Assembly (NCBI GenBank): GCA_034423235.1
Contig: DAOUIX010000034.1
Span: 10,431 to 74,430 of the forward strand
Source of the DNA: Chloroflexota bacterium
GTDB lineage: Bacteria; Chloroflexota; UBA11872
Reading direction: 5' to 3'
Length of the DNA: 64,000 bases
The notes beneath the pieces were generated by a model, which did no database searches, was not told the DNA's origin, and was given only the letters and a program-made list of their open reading frames with translations. Position numbers and translations under genes: made by a program. Below, one piece after another: positions 1-9,167 of this stretch. Within the stretch, counting starts at the first letter, position 1. Each line of letters opens with the position of its first letter.

Positions 1-607
1 CCGGCTTCCACCCAGCGCCGATATACGCGCGACAAGTGGGGGTCGGGGAGTCGCTGACCGAGGCGGGCCCGCGCCTCGGCCTCGTCGGTGAAAGGCCCGA
101 CGAGCACGGCCAGCATGGGGACGCGCACCACGCCGAGCTGGAATTCGCCGAGATCTTCGATGACTTTCAGCAGCCAGTCCCTGGTTCGGCCCGGGCCGAG
201 GGCCTGAGCGAAGGCGCCGATGGCGCGACGCGCCCGTTCTCGCAGCGTGATGACATGCACCAGGCGTTCGGGCTCCTCGAGTTCCTCGTAGGCGCGGAGG
301 GTCGGGACGATTTCGACCAGCGCGTCGATGGCCGTGGTGAGGTGCCCGTGGGCGTCGGCGGCCGAAGCCGGCGGGTTGAGGGGCACGAGGGCCTGGCCCA
401 GCGCGCCAATGGACTCGAAGCGCGCCTCGACGGCGGCCGCGAATTGCTCGGGCGTTTGCGAGCCGGCGCCGAGTTCGCGAATGTTGAGTTCGAGCGTTCG
501 AACGACTTCGAGCGCGCCGGTGGCCACGGTAAGCGCCGGCTCCCAATAGGGTCGCGCGGCGAAGGCGGACGGCCGGGGCGCCGACTCGCCGCAAGCGGCC
601 GTCAGCA
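1..607 (-). CDS. Hypothetical secreted or lipoprotein-like protein, 3'-truncated by the window edge. N-terminus MLTAACGESAP..., start at 607.
   Basis: Hand translation of the reverse strand gives an open frame from ATG (complement of 605-607) running past position 1. The plus-strand ORF 36..728 is its low-complexity shadow. N-terminus has a signal/lipobox-like Cys. Confidence 0.4.
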
Positions 608-678
608 TGGCCAGCCCGGAGGCGGCCAACAGGGACCGGCGCGAAACCCGGCTGCGCACTGGCGCCGGCATGGGCGCT

Positions 679-2052
679 TTAGGCGGCGGCGTCGGCGACC
701 ACCGCGCCGCGGAGCGACCAGGGCGTAGCCGCCGTGATGCGGACCGACCGGGTTTGGCCAGCGGCCAGATGCGGCTGGTCCGGCACGAAGACAAGCTTGT
801 TGGTGCGGGTCCGGCCGCGCCAGCGCGGGCCGTCCGATCCACCCTTGCCGGGTGTGAGTTCCTCGAAGAGGACGTGGTGGGAATGGCCCAGGCAGGCTTG
901 GTTGATGTCTTCGGCGATGCCAGTTTGTTCACGCTCAATGCGATGGAGGCGGCGCAGTTTTTCGGCTCGCGGGACGTCGTCGGGCCACTCGGCAGCCACG
1001 GTGCCGCGCCGGGGCGAGAAGGCGGCCACGTGGACCTGATCGAAGCGCAAGTCGCGCACGAGTTGCAGCGAGTTGAGAAAGTGGTCTTCGCGCTCGCCGC
1101 AGAAGCCGACAATGATGTCGGTGGTGAGCGCCACCCCGGGAACGGTGTCCCGCAGCATGGCGATGGCGTCGCGATAGAAGCCTGCGCTGTAGCCGCGGGC
1201 CATGCGCTTGAGGACCCAGTCGTCCCCGGACTGGACGGGCAGGTTGATTTCCTCGCAGACGCCCGGAATGTCGCGCATGGCTTCGGCCAGCGCGCGGGTC
1301 ATGAAGCGCGGATGAGCCGTGGTGAAGCGAATCCGTTCGATCCCCTCGACGGCGTCGACGGCGTGCAAGACGTCGGGCAACGCGGTGCCGTCCAAGTCGA
1401 AGCCGTATGCGTTGACGATCTGGCCGAGCAGGACGATCTCGCGCGCGCCCTGGTCGCGGAAGCGGCGGACCTCGTCAAGGATTTCGTCCAGGGGCCGGCT
1501 GCGCTGGGCGCCGCGTCGGAAGGGGACGATGCAGTAGGTGCAGCGTTTGTCGCAGCCGTAGATCACATTGACGAAGCGAGAAACCGCGCCGGCGCCCGGG
1601 GCGGGCTGGGCTTCAACGTCCTCGTAGGCGGGCGCGTCGGCCGGGGCCGAGCGAGCCAGGCGAGCCAGCAACGGTTCGGCATTCAGGGTGTCGAAGAGGA
1701 CGTCGACAGGCTCAAGATGGGGAGCCAGTTCCTCCTCGTCGGCATGGACGGTGCAGCCGGTGAGGCCAACGACGAGGTGCGGTTTGGTTTTCTTGAGGCC
1801 CTTGAGCATGCCGAGCATGCCCCAGACCTTGCGGTCGGCGTTATCCCGCACGGCGCACCCGTTGACGACGACCGCGGTGGCTTCGGCCAGGGTGTCGGCG
1901 GGTTGGTGGCCGGCACGCCGGAGTTCCCGCTGAATCCGTTCACCGTCGGCGCGATTCATCTGGCAGCCGATGGTCCAGATGAACACGCTATGGGCGGGAA
2001 TCAGGTTGGGCGGCATGGAGCGACGAACCTGTTGTAACGGCTCCGGTGCCAA
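679..2052 (-). CDS. miaB: tRNA-2-methylthio-N6-dimethylallyladenosine synthase (radical SAM methylthiotransferase MiaB)
   Basis: 457 aa. N-terminal MTTase domain (IWTIGCQMN), radical-SAM CxxxCxxC (CDKRCTYC), C-terminal TRAM region. Typical MiaB architecture. Confidence 0.9.
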   Translation of the reverse strand: MAPEPLQQVRRSMPPNLIPAHSVFIWTIGCQMNRADGERIQRELRRAGHQPADTLAEATAVVVNGCAVRDNADRKVWGMLGMLKGLKKTKPHLVVGLTGCTVHADEEELAPHLEPVDVLFDTLNAEPLLARLARSAPADAPAYEDVEAQPAPGAGAVSRFVNVIYGCDKRCTYCIVPFRRGAQRSRPLDEILDEVRRFRDQGAREIVLLGQIVNAYGFDLDGTALPDVLHAVDAVEGIERIRFTTAHPRFMTRALAEAMRDIPGVCEEINLPVQSGDDWVLKRMARGYSAGFYRDAIAMLRDTVPGVALTTDIIVGFCGEREDHFLNSLQLVRDLRFDQVHVAAFSPRRGTVAAEWPDDVPRAEKLRRLHRIEREQTGIAEDINQACLGHSHHVLFEELTPGKGGSDGPRWRGRTRTNKLVFVPDQPHLAAGQTRSVRITAATPWSLRGAVVADAAA

Positions 2053-2137
2053 CGTGGCACGCTGGTATCATAGCTTTCCGGGGTCAGCGCACCGGTTTTC
2101 ACGCTTGGACGGTTACTTTCTGCGCTCCCTATTGACG

Positions 2138-2332
2138 ATGCTTCGCCGGCCCGCAGTCCTGGCATTTCTGGTGTTGGCGGCGGTCCTGATCGCGCTGGTT
2201 TTCATGGCGTCGATGGGGCGGGCCCTGGGCGCCGCGCAGTACGCGGGGCTGGTGGCCGTGGCTGTCGTGACGGCAGCCTTCACGGTGGGGCTGATGTACA
2301 CGGGTGCGGAATCCGACGACTCGGCACCCTAG
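2138..2332 (+). CDS. Small predicted membrane protein, about 64 aa, two TM helices and an acidic tail
   Basis: ATG at 2138 inside ORF 1970..2332. Strongly G/C-biased third codon positions. Hydrophobic segments AVLAFLVLAAVLIALVF and LVAVAVVTAAFTVGLMY. Divergent from miaB. No clear SD. Confidence 0.3.
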   Translation: MLRRPAVLAFLVLAAVLIALVFMASMGRALGAAQYAGLVAVAVVTAAFTVGLMYTGAESDDSAP

Positions 2333-2333
2333 C

Positions 2334-3179
2334 GTGGCCGGCGCGACGGTGGTGACGGGCGCCGGCGGTCAACTGGGGATTGAACTGGCCCGGCGGCTGG
2401 ACCCGCAGACGACGGTCACCTTGACGCGTGCTCAACTTGACGTCACGAATGCGCCGCTGGTCGAGCGGACGATAGACGAGATTTCGCCAAGGCTGATTAT
2501 CCACGCGGCGGCTGCCACGAACGTGGACGAATGCGAGCGAAACCGCGCGCAGGCCTACCGAACAAACGCGGTGGGGGCATGGAACGTGGCGCGCGCCGCG
2601 GACCGGGCCGGGGCACCGATGGTCTACGTGAGCACGAATTACGTGTTTGATGGGAATAAGCTCGGTCCCTACCTGGAATACGACGACGCCGCGCCGCTGA
2701 GCGCCTACGGCTGGACGAAGCTGCACGGCGAGCGGGCCGCGCGGCAGGTGCTGGAACGACTCTACGTGGTTCGCACCAGCTGGCTGTATAGCCGCTGGGG
2801 GCGGAACTTTCTGACGCGCCTGACGCAGGTGGACGAATCGGACGGGCCCCTGCGGTACGTGGGCGACCAGGTGGCGAATCCAACCAATGCCGGTGACGTG
2901 GCGGCCGCCATCTTGGCACTGACCGAGACGGGGGCGTTCGGCGTGCATCACCTGGTGAACGAGGGCGCGACCAGTTGGTACGGCTGGGCGGCGGCGTTCC
3001 TGGCCGGTATGGGACGGAGTGACGTGGGGCTGGAAGAGATCAGTGCGAGGGAGTTCCCGCGCGCGGCCGCGGTGCCGGCGAACGCGGAACTGGCCAACGA
3101 AACGGCTCGAGCCGTGGACGTGACGCTGCGGACCTGGGGCGAAGCGCTGTCCGCACACATCCAAGAGATCGCGGTGTAG
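2334..3179 (+). CDS. rfbD: dTDP-4-dehydrorhamnose reductase (RmlD)
   Basis: N-terminus VVTGAGGQLG Rossmann motif, YGWTK catalytic motif, length typical of RmlD. GTG at 2334 preferred over GTG 2304 by alignment to the RmlD N-terminus consensus. Confidence 0.8.
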   Translation: MAGATVVTGAGGQLGIELARRLDPQTTVTLTRAQLDVTNAPLVERTIDEISPRLIIHAAAATNVDECERNRAQAYRTNAVGAWNVARAADRAGAPMVYVSTNYVFDGNKLGPYLEYDDAAPLSAYGWTKLHGERAARQVLERLYVVRTSWLYSRWGRNFLTRLTQVDESDGPLRYVGDQVANPTNAGDVAAAILALTETGAFGVHHLVNEGATSWYGWAAAFLAGMGRSDVGLEEISAREFPRAAAVPANAELANETARAVDVTLRTWGEALSAHIQEIAV

Positions 3180-4145
3180 GTGACCGCCGGTGGCGCCGCG
3201 GACGCACCGCGCTGGTCAATCCTGATCCCGACCTGGAACGGGCGACATCTGCTGGAAGAAGCGCTGGACGGCCTGGACGGCCAAGTGTTGCGCGACTTTG
3301 AAGTGGTTGTGGTTGACGACGGGTCCGACGACGACACCGTGGTCTGGATGCGGGCCGAGCGGCCGGCGGACCGGGTGATCGAGCTGCCGAGTCAGCGAGG
3401 GCTGGCGGCCGCGCTGAATCGGGGCATCACGGAGGCGCGGGGGCGGTATATCGCGGTGCTTAACAACGACGCGGTGCCGGCGCCGGAATGGCTGTCGGCG
3501 CTTGACCGCGCGTTCGCGGAGGCCCCGGACGCGAGTTTCCTGGCCTCTCGAATCCTGCTGTACGACGATCCCACGCGCCTGCACGCGGCGGGGGACACCT
3601 TTGGACATAACGGACTGCCCGCCAATCGCGGCGTTTGGGAGCCTGACGGGCCGCGATTTGCAGCGCCGTGCGAGGTGTTTGGGGCGTGCGCAGCCGCGGC
3701 AGCCTATCGGCGCGAGCTCTTCGACGACGTGGGGGTCTTTGACGAAGACCTGGTGATGTACTGCGAGGACGTGGACCTGGACTGGCGCGCGCAGATGGCG
3801 GGACACCGCTGCCGCTACGTACCGGACGCGCTGGTCCGGCACCGTCTCAGCGCCACGGCGGGTGGCCCGATTGCCAGCTACCTGGTGGCACGCAACCGGC
3901 CGCTGGTGGCGGTGATGAACATGCCGGGGTTCCTCTGGCGGCGCGGCTGGTGGCGGATCGCCGGGGCGCAGCTTAGACTGACGGTCGCGGCGCTGCGCGC
4001 GATTCAGGGACGAGCGGCGCGCGCCACGCTCGCGGGCCAGTTGGCCTCGGTTGGACAGCTCCCCCGGGCCTGGCGCAAACGGTCGCGCCGCCAGCGTTCA
4101 CGCCGCGTGGCAGACGCCTACATCGACGCACTACTCGAACGATAA
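3180..4145 (+). CDS. Family 2 glycosyltransferase
   Basis: SILIPTWNG...VVVVDDGSDDDT...LNNDA motifs (GT-A fold, DxD). GTG start immediately follows the rfbD stop. Confidence 0.8.
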   Translation: MTAGGAADAPRWSILIPTWNGRHLLEEALDGLDGQVLRDFEVVVVDDGSDDDTVVWMRAERPADRVIELPSQRGLAAALNRGITEARGRYIAVLNNDAVPAPEWLSALDRAFAEAPDASFLASRILLYDDPTRLHAAGDTFGHNGLPANRGVWEPDGPRFAAPCEVFGACAAAAAYRRELFDDVGVFDEDLVMYCEDVDLDWRAQMAGHRCRYVPDALVRHRLSATAGGPIASYLVARNRPLVAVMNMPGFLWRRGWWRIAGAQLRLTVAALRAIQGRAARATLAGQLASVGQLPRAWRKRSRRQRSRRVADAYIDALLER

Positions 4146-4163
4146 CGCAGGTGGAGGACGACG

Positions 4164-4538
4164 ATGGGCTTTTTTCGGCGACTCTTCGGCGGCGGAGACG
4201 GGGAATCCAAGGAACCCGTTGACACGGCGTGGCACTTCTACGTGAAGAGCAAGTACGCGGACGAAATCATTGATGTGCGCGTGGACCCGAACGCCGATCT
4301 CTCGCCCGAGTTCGAGGGCGCCGGCGACGGCGCGTCGCACTACACGACGAACAAGGACATTATTGGCGCCAAGAGCTTCCGAACGATCAATCTATACCTA
4401 GTATTCGATGCAAGTCGGTCCTTCACGGGCGATTACACCCTCGAGGGCGGCGAGCTTGTCGATCAGGCGGCGTACGAGGCCTGGCGAGCGCAGCAAGCGG
4501 CGGCGAGCGCCGGCGACGCCGATACGGACGGCGGCTAG
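4164..4538 (+). CDS. Hypothetical 124-aa soluble protein (MGFFRRLFGGG... N-terminus)
   Basis: Strong SD (GGAGGA) 7 nt upstream of ATG 4164. Coding-like composition. No family recognised by eye. Confidence 0.55.
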   Translation: MGFFRRLFGGGDGESKEPVDTAWHFYVKSKYADEIIDVRVDPNADLSPEFEGAGDGASHYTTNKDIIGAKSFRTINLYLVFDASRSFTGDYTLEGGELVDQAAYEAWRAQQAAASAGDADTDGG

Positions 4539-4571
4539 CGCGGGCTTCATTCGGCGGGCGTCAACGCGCTG

Positions 4572-5954
4572 ATGGCCGGCCGACTGCGCAGCGGACGCGG
4601 GTCGCTCACGATGTTCGCGGCCGTGACGGCGGCCGCGACGTTGGCGGGCCTGCTGGCGGGATCGCGGCCTGTGCCGGCCGCCCTGGCCGGTGGGCTGGCG
4701 GCACTTGGCGTGGCCCTGGGGTTGGCGAGGCCGGTCTACGGCGCTCTGGCGGCGCTGCTCGTGGCGCTGACGGTGCCCTTTCTGGTTGTGCCGCAGCGAC
4801 TGGGGGTGCAGCCGCCAGTGCTCGACCTGATCGTGGCTTGCACGTTTGCCGGGATCGCGGTGCGAGCCGTGTCGGGGCGGCGCGAATACGCCGCCAGGTG
4901 GCAGGTGATGCCGCGGTGGCTGATAGTCACGGTGGCCGCCGGGGCAGCGTTGCCGCTTTTGGCTGGGGCGGCGGCCTTTGCCGCAGCCGGCGACGTTGAG
5001 GCCGTACAGATTGCGGCGAAGATGTCGATGTACGCGCTGACGCCGCTGATGGCGGCGCTGGTTCGTCCTTGCCGGGGATCGATGACGGCCCTGGCATTAC
5101 TCGTGACCGCGGCGGCGGCCTTGCAGGCGGCCGTCGCGATTGTTCTGCACGGGGCCGGCGCGCTCGGCGTGCAGGCGCTGGAGACTCTTGGCGCGGCCGG
5201 CTACCCGTCTACAGACGTGGCGCGCTTTCTGCCGGACCAGGTGACGCCCAGAGCGACGGGGCTGCTGGTGGATCCGAATGTTCTGGGCGTAACCCTGGCG
5301 GCGGCCCTGCCGTTTGGGTTGGCGTGGGTTGGCGGCGGCGCACGGCGCAGGGCCCTGGGTATGACCGCGGTGATGCTGATTGGCGTGGCGCTCATGTTGA
5401 CGATTTCGCGCGCGAGTTGGATTGCGGCCGCGGCCGGGTTACTGGTGTGGCTGGCGCTGATTCGACCGCGAGCGGCGGCCGCCGCAACGGCGGCGCTTGG
5501 GGCGGCGGTGCTGGCCGCGCCACTGGAACCGTTCGAGCGGATTCGACAGGGCCTCCAGGCCGGCGACCAGTCGGCGGCGCTGCGGGTGGACGAGCTGCGC
5601 GAAGCGACCCGCGTGATCGGTCGATTCCCGCTCCTGGGCGTGGGCTATGGCGAGGCGCCGCACCCGGACATCTTTGCCGGGGTGTCCAACGCCTGGCTAT
5701 GGCTGGCCGAGCGCGCAGGGATTGGCGCCGCGACTGCGAATCTTGCCTTGGTTGGCGGCGCGGCCTGGGCGGCCGTACGGTCGGCGCGGTCCAACCCAGA
5801 GCTGCGGCCATTGCTCGCTTCGCTAGCCGCGTTCGCCACCGCTGGCGTGTTCGATCATCACATCGTCAGCTTTCCGCACCTGGTCTACCTGGTTGGGGGG
5901 CTTGCCGGCCTGCTGGTGGCGCAGTCGTCCAGCGAGCGGCCAAGGCCGTCATGA
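4572..5954 (+). CDS. O-antigen ligase/polymerase family membrane protein (Wzy_C-like)
   Basis: 460 aa, about 10-12 TM helices. Central MLTISRASWIAAAAGLLVWLAL segment is typical of the O-antigen ligase (Wzy_C) domain. Stop overlaps the next gene's start (ATGA). Confidence 0.7.
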   Translation: MAGRLRSGRGSLTMFAAVTAAATLAGLLAGSRPVPAALAGGLAALGVALGLARPVYGALAALLVALTVPFLVVPQRLGVQPPVLDLIVACTFAGIAVRAVSGRREYAARWQVMPRWLIVTVAAGAALPLLAGAAAFAAAGDVEAVQIAAKMSMYALTPLMAALVRPCRGSMTALALLVTAAAALQAAVAIVLHGAGALGVQALETLGAAGYPSTDVARFLPDQVTPRATGLLVDPNVLGVTLAAALPFGLAWVGGGARRRALGMTAVMLIGVALMLTISRASWIAAAAGLLVWLALIRPRAAAAATAALGAAVLAAPLEPFERIRQGLQAGDQSAALRVDELREATRVIGRFPLLGVGYGEAPHPDIFAGVSNAWLWLAERAGIGAATANLALVGGAAWAAVRSARSNPELRPLLASLAAFATAGVFDHHIVSFPHLVYLVGGLAGLLVAQSSSERPRPS

Positions 5955-7018
5955 TTGCGGTGACGCTGGACGGACGGATGCTGCGGCATGACCAGGCTGG
6001 CATCGGACGCTATATCTGGCGGCTCCAGGAAGCGCTGGGGAGCTTGCCGCACGCCGGAGTGGACCTGGCGTTGCTGGTGGACCGGCGCGGCGGCCTTCCC
6101 GGCGCGCCGTCGCTGCGCGCGCATCCGGTGTTCGCTCCCGTCCGGGGGCGCTTGGAACGCGTGCTGCTGCCGAGGATATTGGGAGGGGCCGACCTGGTGC
6201 ATTTCCCAGATCACGGGATTCCGCGCGGGGTCACATGCCCCGCCGTAGTGACGGCGCACGACATTTCATTCCTTACGCACCCGGAGACACACGCGGCATC
6301 CAGCCGGCGGCACTATGAAGCGGCGATTCAGACCTTGCCGCGGGCTCGCGCCGTGATTGTTCCGTCCCAGCACGTGCGCTCGGCCCTGGTGGGGCGAGGC
6401 CTGGTGGAGGCATCGCGAGTGCACGTGGTTCCCAACGCGCCGGGATTGCCGCCGGCCGGGGATATGCGTGACGGGCAGGTGTGGCCCTCGCCGTTCGCGC
6501 TCATGGTTGGGACCATCCAGCCTCGCAAGAACATCGTGCTGGCGGCACGCGCGTTCAGGGCGTCGAACTTCGCTCGGCAGGGAAGCCTGCTGATTGCCGG
6601 GTCGCTTGGCTATCGCGGGTCGGAAATCGTGCGCGCGGTTCGCAGCGCGCCGGAGCATGGGGCCGTACGGTTTCTGGGGCGGGTGTCCGACGAGACGCTG
6701 TCCCGCCTGCTGGCCCACGCGGAGTTTCTGCTGATGCCATCGCGCGATGAGGGATTCGGCCTGCCGGCGCTTGAGGCGATGGGCTTCGGCACACCGGTGA
6801 TTGCGGCGCGCGCCGGCACGCTGCCGGAAGTGGTGGGCGCCGACGCGCTGCTGGTAGATCCGGAGGACGCTGGCGCGCTGACCGCGGCCATCGACGGGCT
6901 GGCCGACAATGCGAGTCTGCGCGAAGCGCTGGGCGCCCGGGGGCGGGCACGAGCCGGAACCTACAGTTGGGAACGAACGGCGCGCGGCACGCTGGCGGTC
7001 TACGAGGCCTGCGCGTGA
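5951..7018 (+). CDS. Family 4 glycosyltransferase (GT-B)
   Basis: True start is ATG 5951 inside track ORF 5069..7018, in an ATGA overlap with the ligase stop. C-terminal EGFGLPALEAMGFGTPVIA motif of GT4. Confidence 0.8.
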   Translation: MIAVTLDGRMLRHDQAGIGRYIWRLQEALGSLPHAGVDLALLVDRRGGLPGAPSLRAHPVFAPVRGRLERVLLPRILGGADLVHFPDHGIPRGVTCPAVVTAHDISFLTHPETHAASSRRHYEAAIQTLPRARAVIVPSQHVRSALVGRGLVEASRVHVVPNAPGLPPAGDMRDGQVWPSPFALMVGTIQPRKNIVLAARAFRASNFARQGSLLIAGSLGYRGSEIVRAVRSAPEHGAVRFLGRVSDETLSRLLAHAEFLLMPSRDEGFGLPALEAMGFGTPVIAARAGTLPEVVGADALLVDPEDAGALTAAIDGLADNASLREALGARGRARAGTYSWERTARGTLAVYEACA

Positions 7019-8229
7019 AGATCCTGGCCGTCACCTCGACGCCGCCCTGGCCGCCGACGCACGGCGCGGCTGTGCGAAACAGCTTGCTGCTGGAGGCACT
7101 GGCGGCCGAGCACACAGTGGACGTGGTGACGCTTGACAAGCCCAATTCGCCGCAGGTCCGCGCGCCTTCGTCGATCCGAAAACTCTTCCAGGTGCGAGCG
7201 GCGGCGCCGAGCATGTGGCGGCGGTTGCGGGGCGGCTGGCGCGGCGGCGTGCCGGACCTGCTGATTCGACATGGATCGCGAATCCTCCGGGGGCGCGTGC
7301 AGATGCTGCTGAGCAGCGGCGCGTACGACGCGGTCCACGTAGCCCAGGCGCAACTGGCGCCGGTGATTCGCGATGTGTGGACCGCGTCACCCGGGACTTC
7401 ACCTCGTCCGCGGGTGGTCTATGACGCCCACAACATCGAGTGGATGCTCCAGGCCGCGCTGGCTGAGGCGAGCGCCGGGCCACGGGCGCTCTGGGCCCGC
7501 CGCCAGGCCGGACTCTTGCGACGGGTTGAAGCATGGATTGCCGGGACGGCCGACCTGGCGGTGGCGTCATCGCCGGACGATCGTGCCGGCTTGGCGGCGC
7601 TGGGCGCTCGCTCGCCTGCGTACATCCCGCATCCGGTGCAGGTCGGTTCGGCGCAGCCGGGTGGTTGCGGCCGGGCCGATCATCCGCGGGTGCTCTTTGC
7701 AGCCAACTTCGCGTATCGCCCGAATGTCATGGCGGCCGAGTGGCTCTTTGGTCGCGTCTGGCCATCGGTTGCGCGTGAGCTTCCACACGCCGAATTGCGT
7801 GTCATTGGGCCAGGCTCCGAAGACCTGCACCCGATCTCGCCCGTACGAACCACGCTGGGCGGGACCGTGGAGGATATCGAGAGCGAGTACGCCAGCGCCT
7901 GGCTTGCGGTCTCACCGACTTCGGTCGCGGCGGGCGCTCCCTACAAAGTCCTCTCGGCCCTGGCAGCCGGTCGTCCGGTGGTCGCGCGCGCGCAGGGGTA
8001 CGTTGGGCTTCCGGCCGGATCGGACATCGGCGTGACGCTTGCCGCGGAAGCCGACGAGTTCGCGGCGGCCCTGACGCATTTGCTGACAGACCGGGCGGCC
8101 CACGACCAGGCGGCCTGCGCCGGCTTGACGTACGTCTCGGCCGAACACGACGCCGCGATTGTTGGCGGGCAACTGCTGGACGCCTACGCGCGGGTGCATG
8201 GGCCGGCTCCGGCCGAGGCGACGTTGTGA
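7015..8229 (+). CDS. Family 4 glycosyltransferase (GT-B)
   Basis: GTG 7015 in a GTGA overlap with the upstream stop. N-terminus KILAVTSTPPWPPTHGAAVR is GT4-like. C-terminal GT-B fold. Confidence 0.75.
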   Translation: MKILAVTSTPPWPPTHGAAVRNSLLLEALAAEHTVDVVTLDKPNSPQVRAPSSIRKLFQVRAAAPSMWRRLRGGWRGGVPDLLIRHGSRILRGRVQMLLSSGAYDAVHVAQAQLAPVIRDVWTASPGTSPRPRVVYDAHNIEWMLQAALAEASAGPRALWARRQAGLLRRVEAWIAGTADLAVASSPDDRAGLAALGARSPAYIPHPVQVGSAQPGGCGRADHPRVLFAANFAYRPNVMAAEWLFGRVWPSVARELPHAELRVIGPGSEDLHPISPVRTTLGGTVEDIESEYASAWLAVSPTSVAAGAPYKVLSALAAGRPVVARAQGYVGLPAGSDIGVTLAAEADEFAAALTHLLTDRAAHDQAACAGLTYVSAEHDAAIVGGQLLDAYARVHGPAPAEATL

Positions 8230-9167
8230 CGATTGCCATCTGCGCCACGGTCAAGAACGAAGCCGCCGACGCGGCCGCGCTGGTGGCAAGCCTGCGGGAG
8301 CAGGAACTCGCCGCGGATGAAGTCGTAATTGTGGACGGCGGCTCGACGGACGGCACGTTTGAGGCACTGCAGACGGCCGCGGCGGGCGACCCGCGATTCA
8401 AGTTGCGCCGCGCCGCCGGAACCAACATCGCCGCCGGGCGGAACCAGGCCATTGGCGCGACCCAGGCGCCGCTGATTGCGGTGACGGACGCCGGCCTGCG
8501 GCGCTCGCCGCAGTGGCTGCAGTCGCTCGTGACGGTGGCCGAGGCGGAGCCGCTCGCGGCTGGATCGTACGGCTACATCCTGGCGGCGCCGGAGACGACC
8601 TTCGAGGCGGCGCTGGGGGCGGTGGCGCTGCCGCTGGCGCCGCAGATCGATCCGTCCCGCTATCCGCCGAGCAGCGGGTCGGCGCTGTTTCGGCGCGAAT
8701 GGCTGGAGCGGGTGGGCGGCTATCCGGAGTGGCTGGCCCACGGAGAAGACCTGTGGCTGGACCGCGAGATCTGGCGGGCGGGCGGCTGGTTCCAGCATGC
8801 GCCCGGCGCGGACGTGAGGATTCGTCCACGCTCCAGCCTGGGTGCGTTCTTTCGACAGTATTACCTCTACGCCGCCGGCGACGGTCATGCCGGGATGCTT
8901 TTACCGCGGCACGCGCTGCGCTATGGGGCCTACGGGTTGGGCGTTGCGTTGCTGCAGCATCCGTCGCCGGCCGCGCGGGCCGTCTTGCTCTTGCTGGCCG
9001 GCCTTTACCTCGGGCGTTCCCTGCGCCGGATGCCGGCCATGCTGCAACAGACCGCCAACGCCAACCCACTCGCGGCAGGCGCCCTGACGCCCGTGCTGCG
9101 GGTTGTTGGCGACCTAGCCAAGATGTGCGGCCTGGTTGCCGGTTTGTCCCGACGATTACGACCATGA
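8226..9167 (+). CDS. Family 2 glycosyltransferase
   Basis: GTG 8226 in a GTGA overlap. IAICATVKNE...VVIVDGGSTDGT GT-A motifs. Confidence 0.75.
   Translation: MTIAICATVKNEAADAAALVASLREQELAADEVVIVDGGSTDGTFEALQTAAAGDPRFKLRRAAGTNIAAGRNQAIGATQAPLIAVTDAGLRRSPQWLQSLVTVAEAEPLAAGSYGYILAAPETTFEAALGAVALPLAPQIDPSRYPPSSGSALFRREWLERVGGYPEWLAHGEDLWLDREIWRAGGWFQHAPGADVRIRPRSSLGAFFRQYYLYAAGDGHAGMLLPRHALRYGAYGLGVALLQHPSPAARAVLLLLAGLYLGRSLRRMPAMLQQTANANPLAAGALTPVLRVVGDLAKMCGLVAGLSRRLRP

Noticed and set aside
607-2037. 476-aa plus-strand ORF covering the miaB region
   Set aside because: Antisense shadow of the clearly recognisable miaB on the minus strand. Low-complexity Gly/Ala/Arg translation typical of high-GC frames.
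5069-5950. N-terminal 294 aa of track ORF 5069..7018
   Set aside because: Overlaps the O-antigen-ligase gene in another frame. The GT4 homology starts exactly at ATG 5951, which forms an ATGA overlap with the ligase stop.
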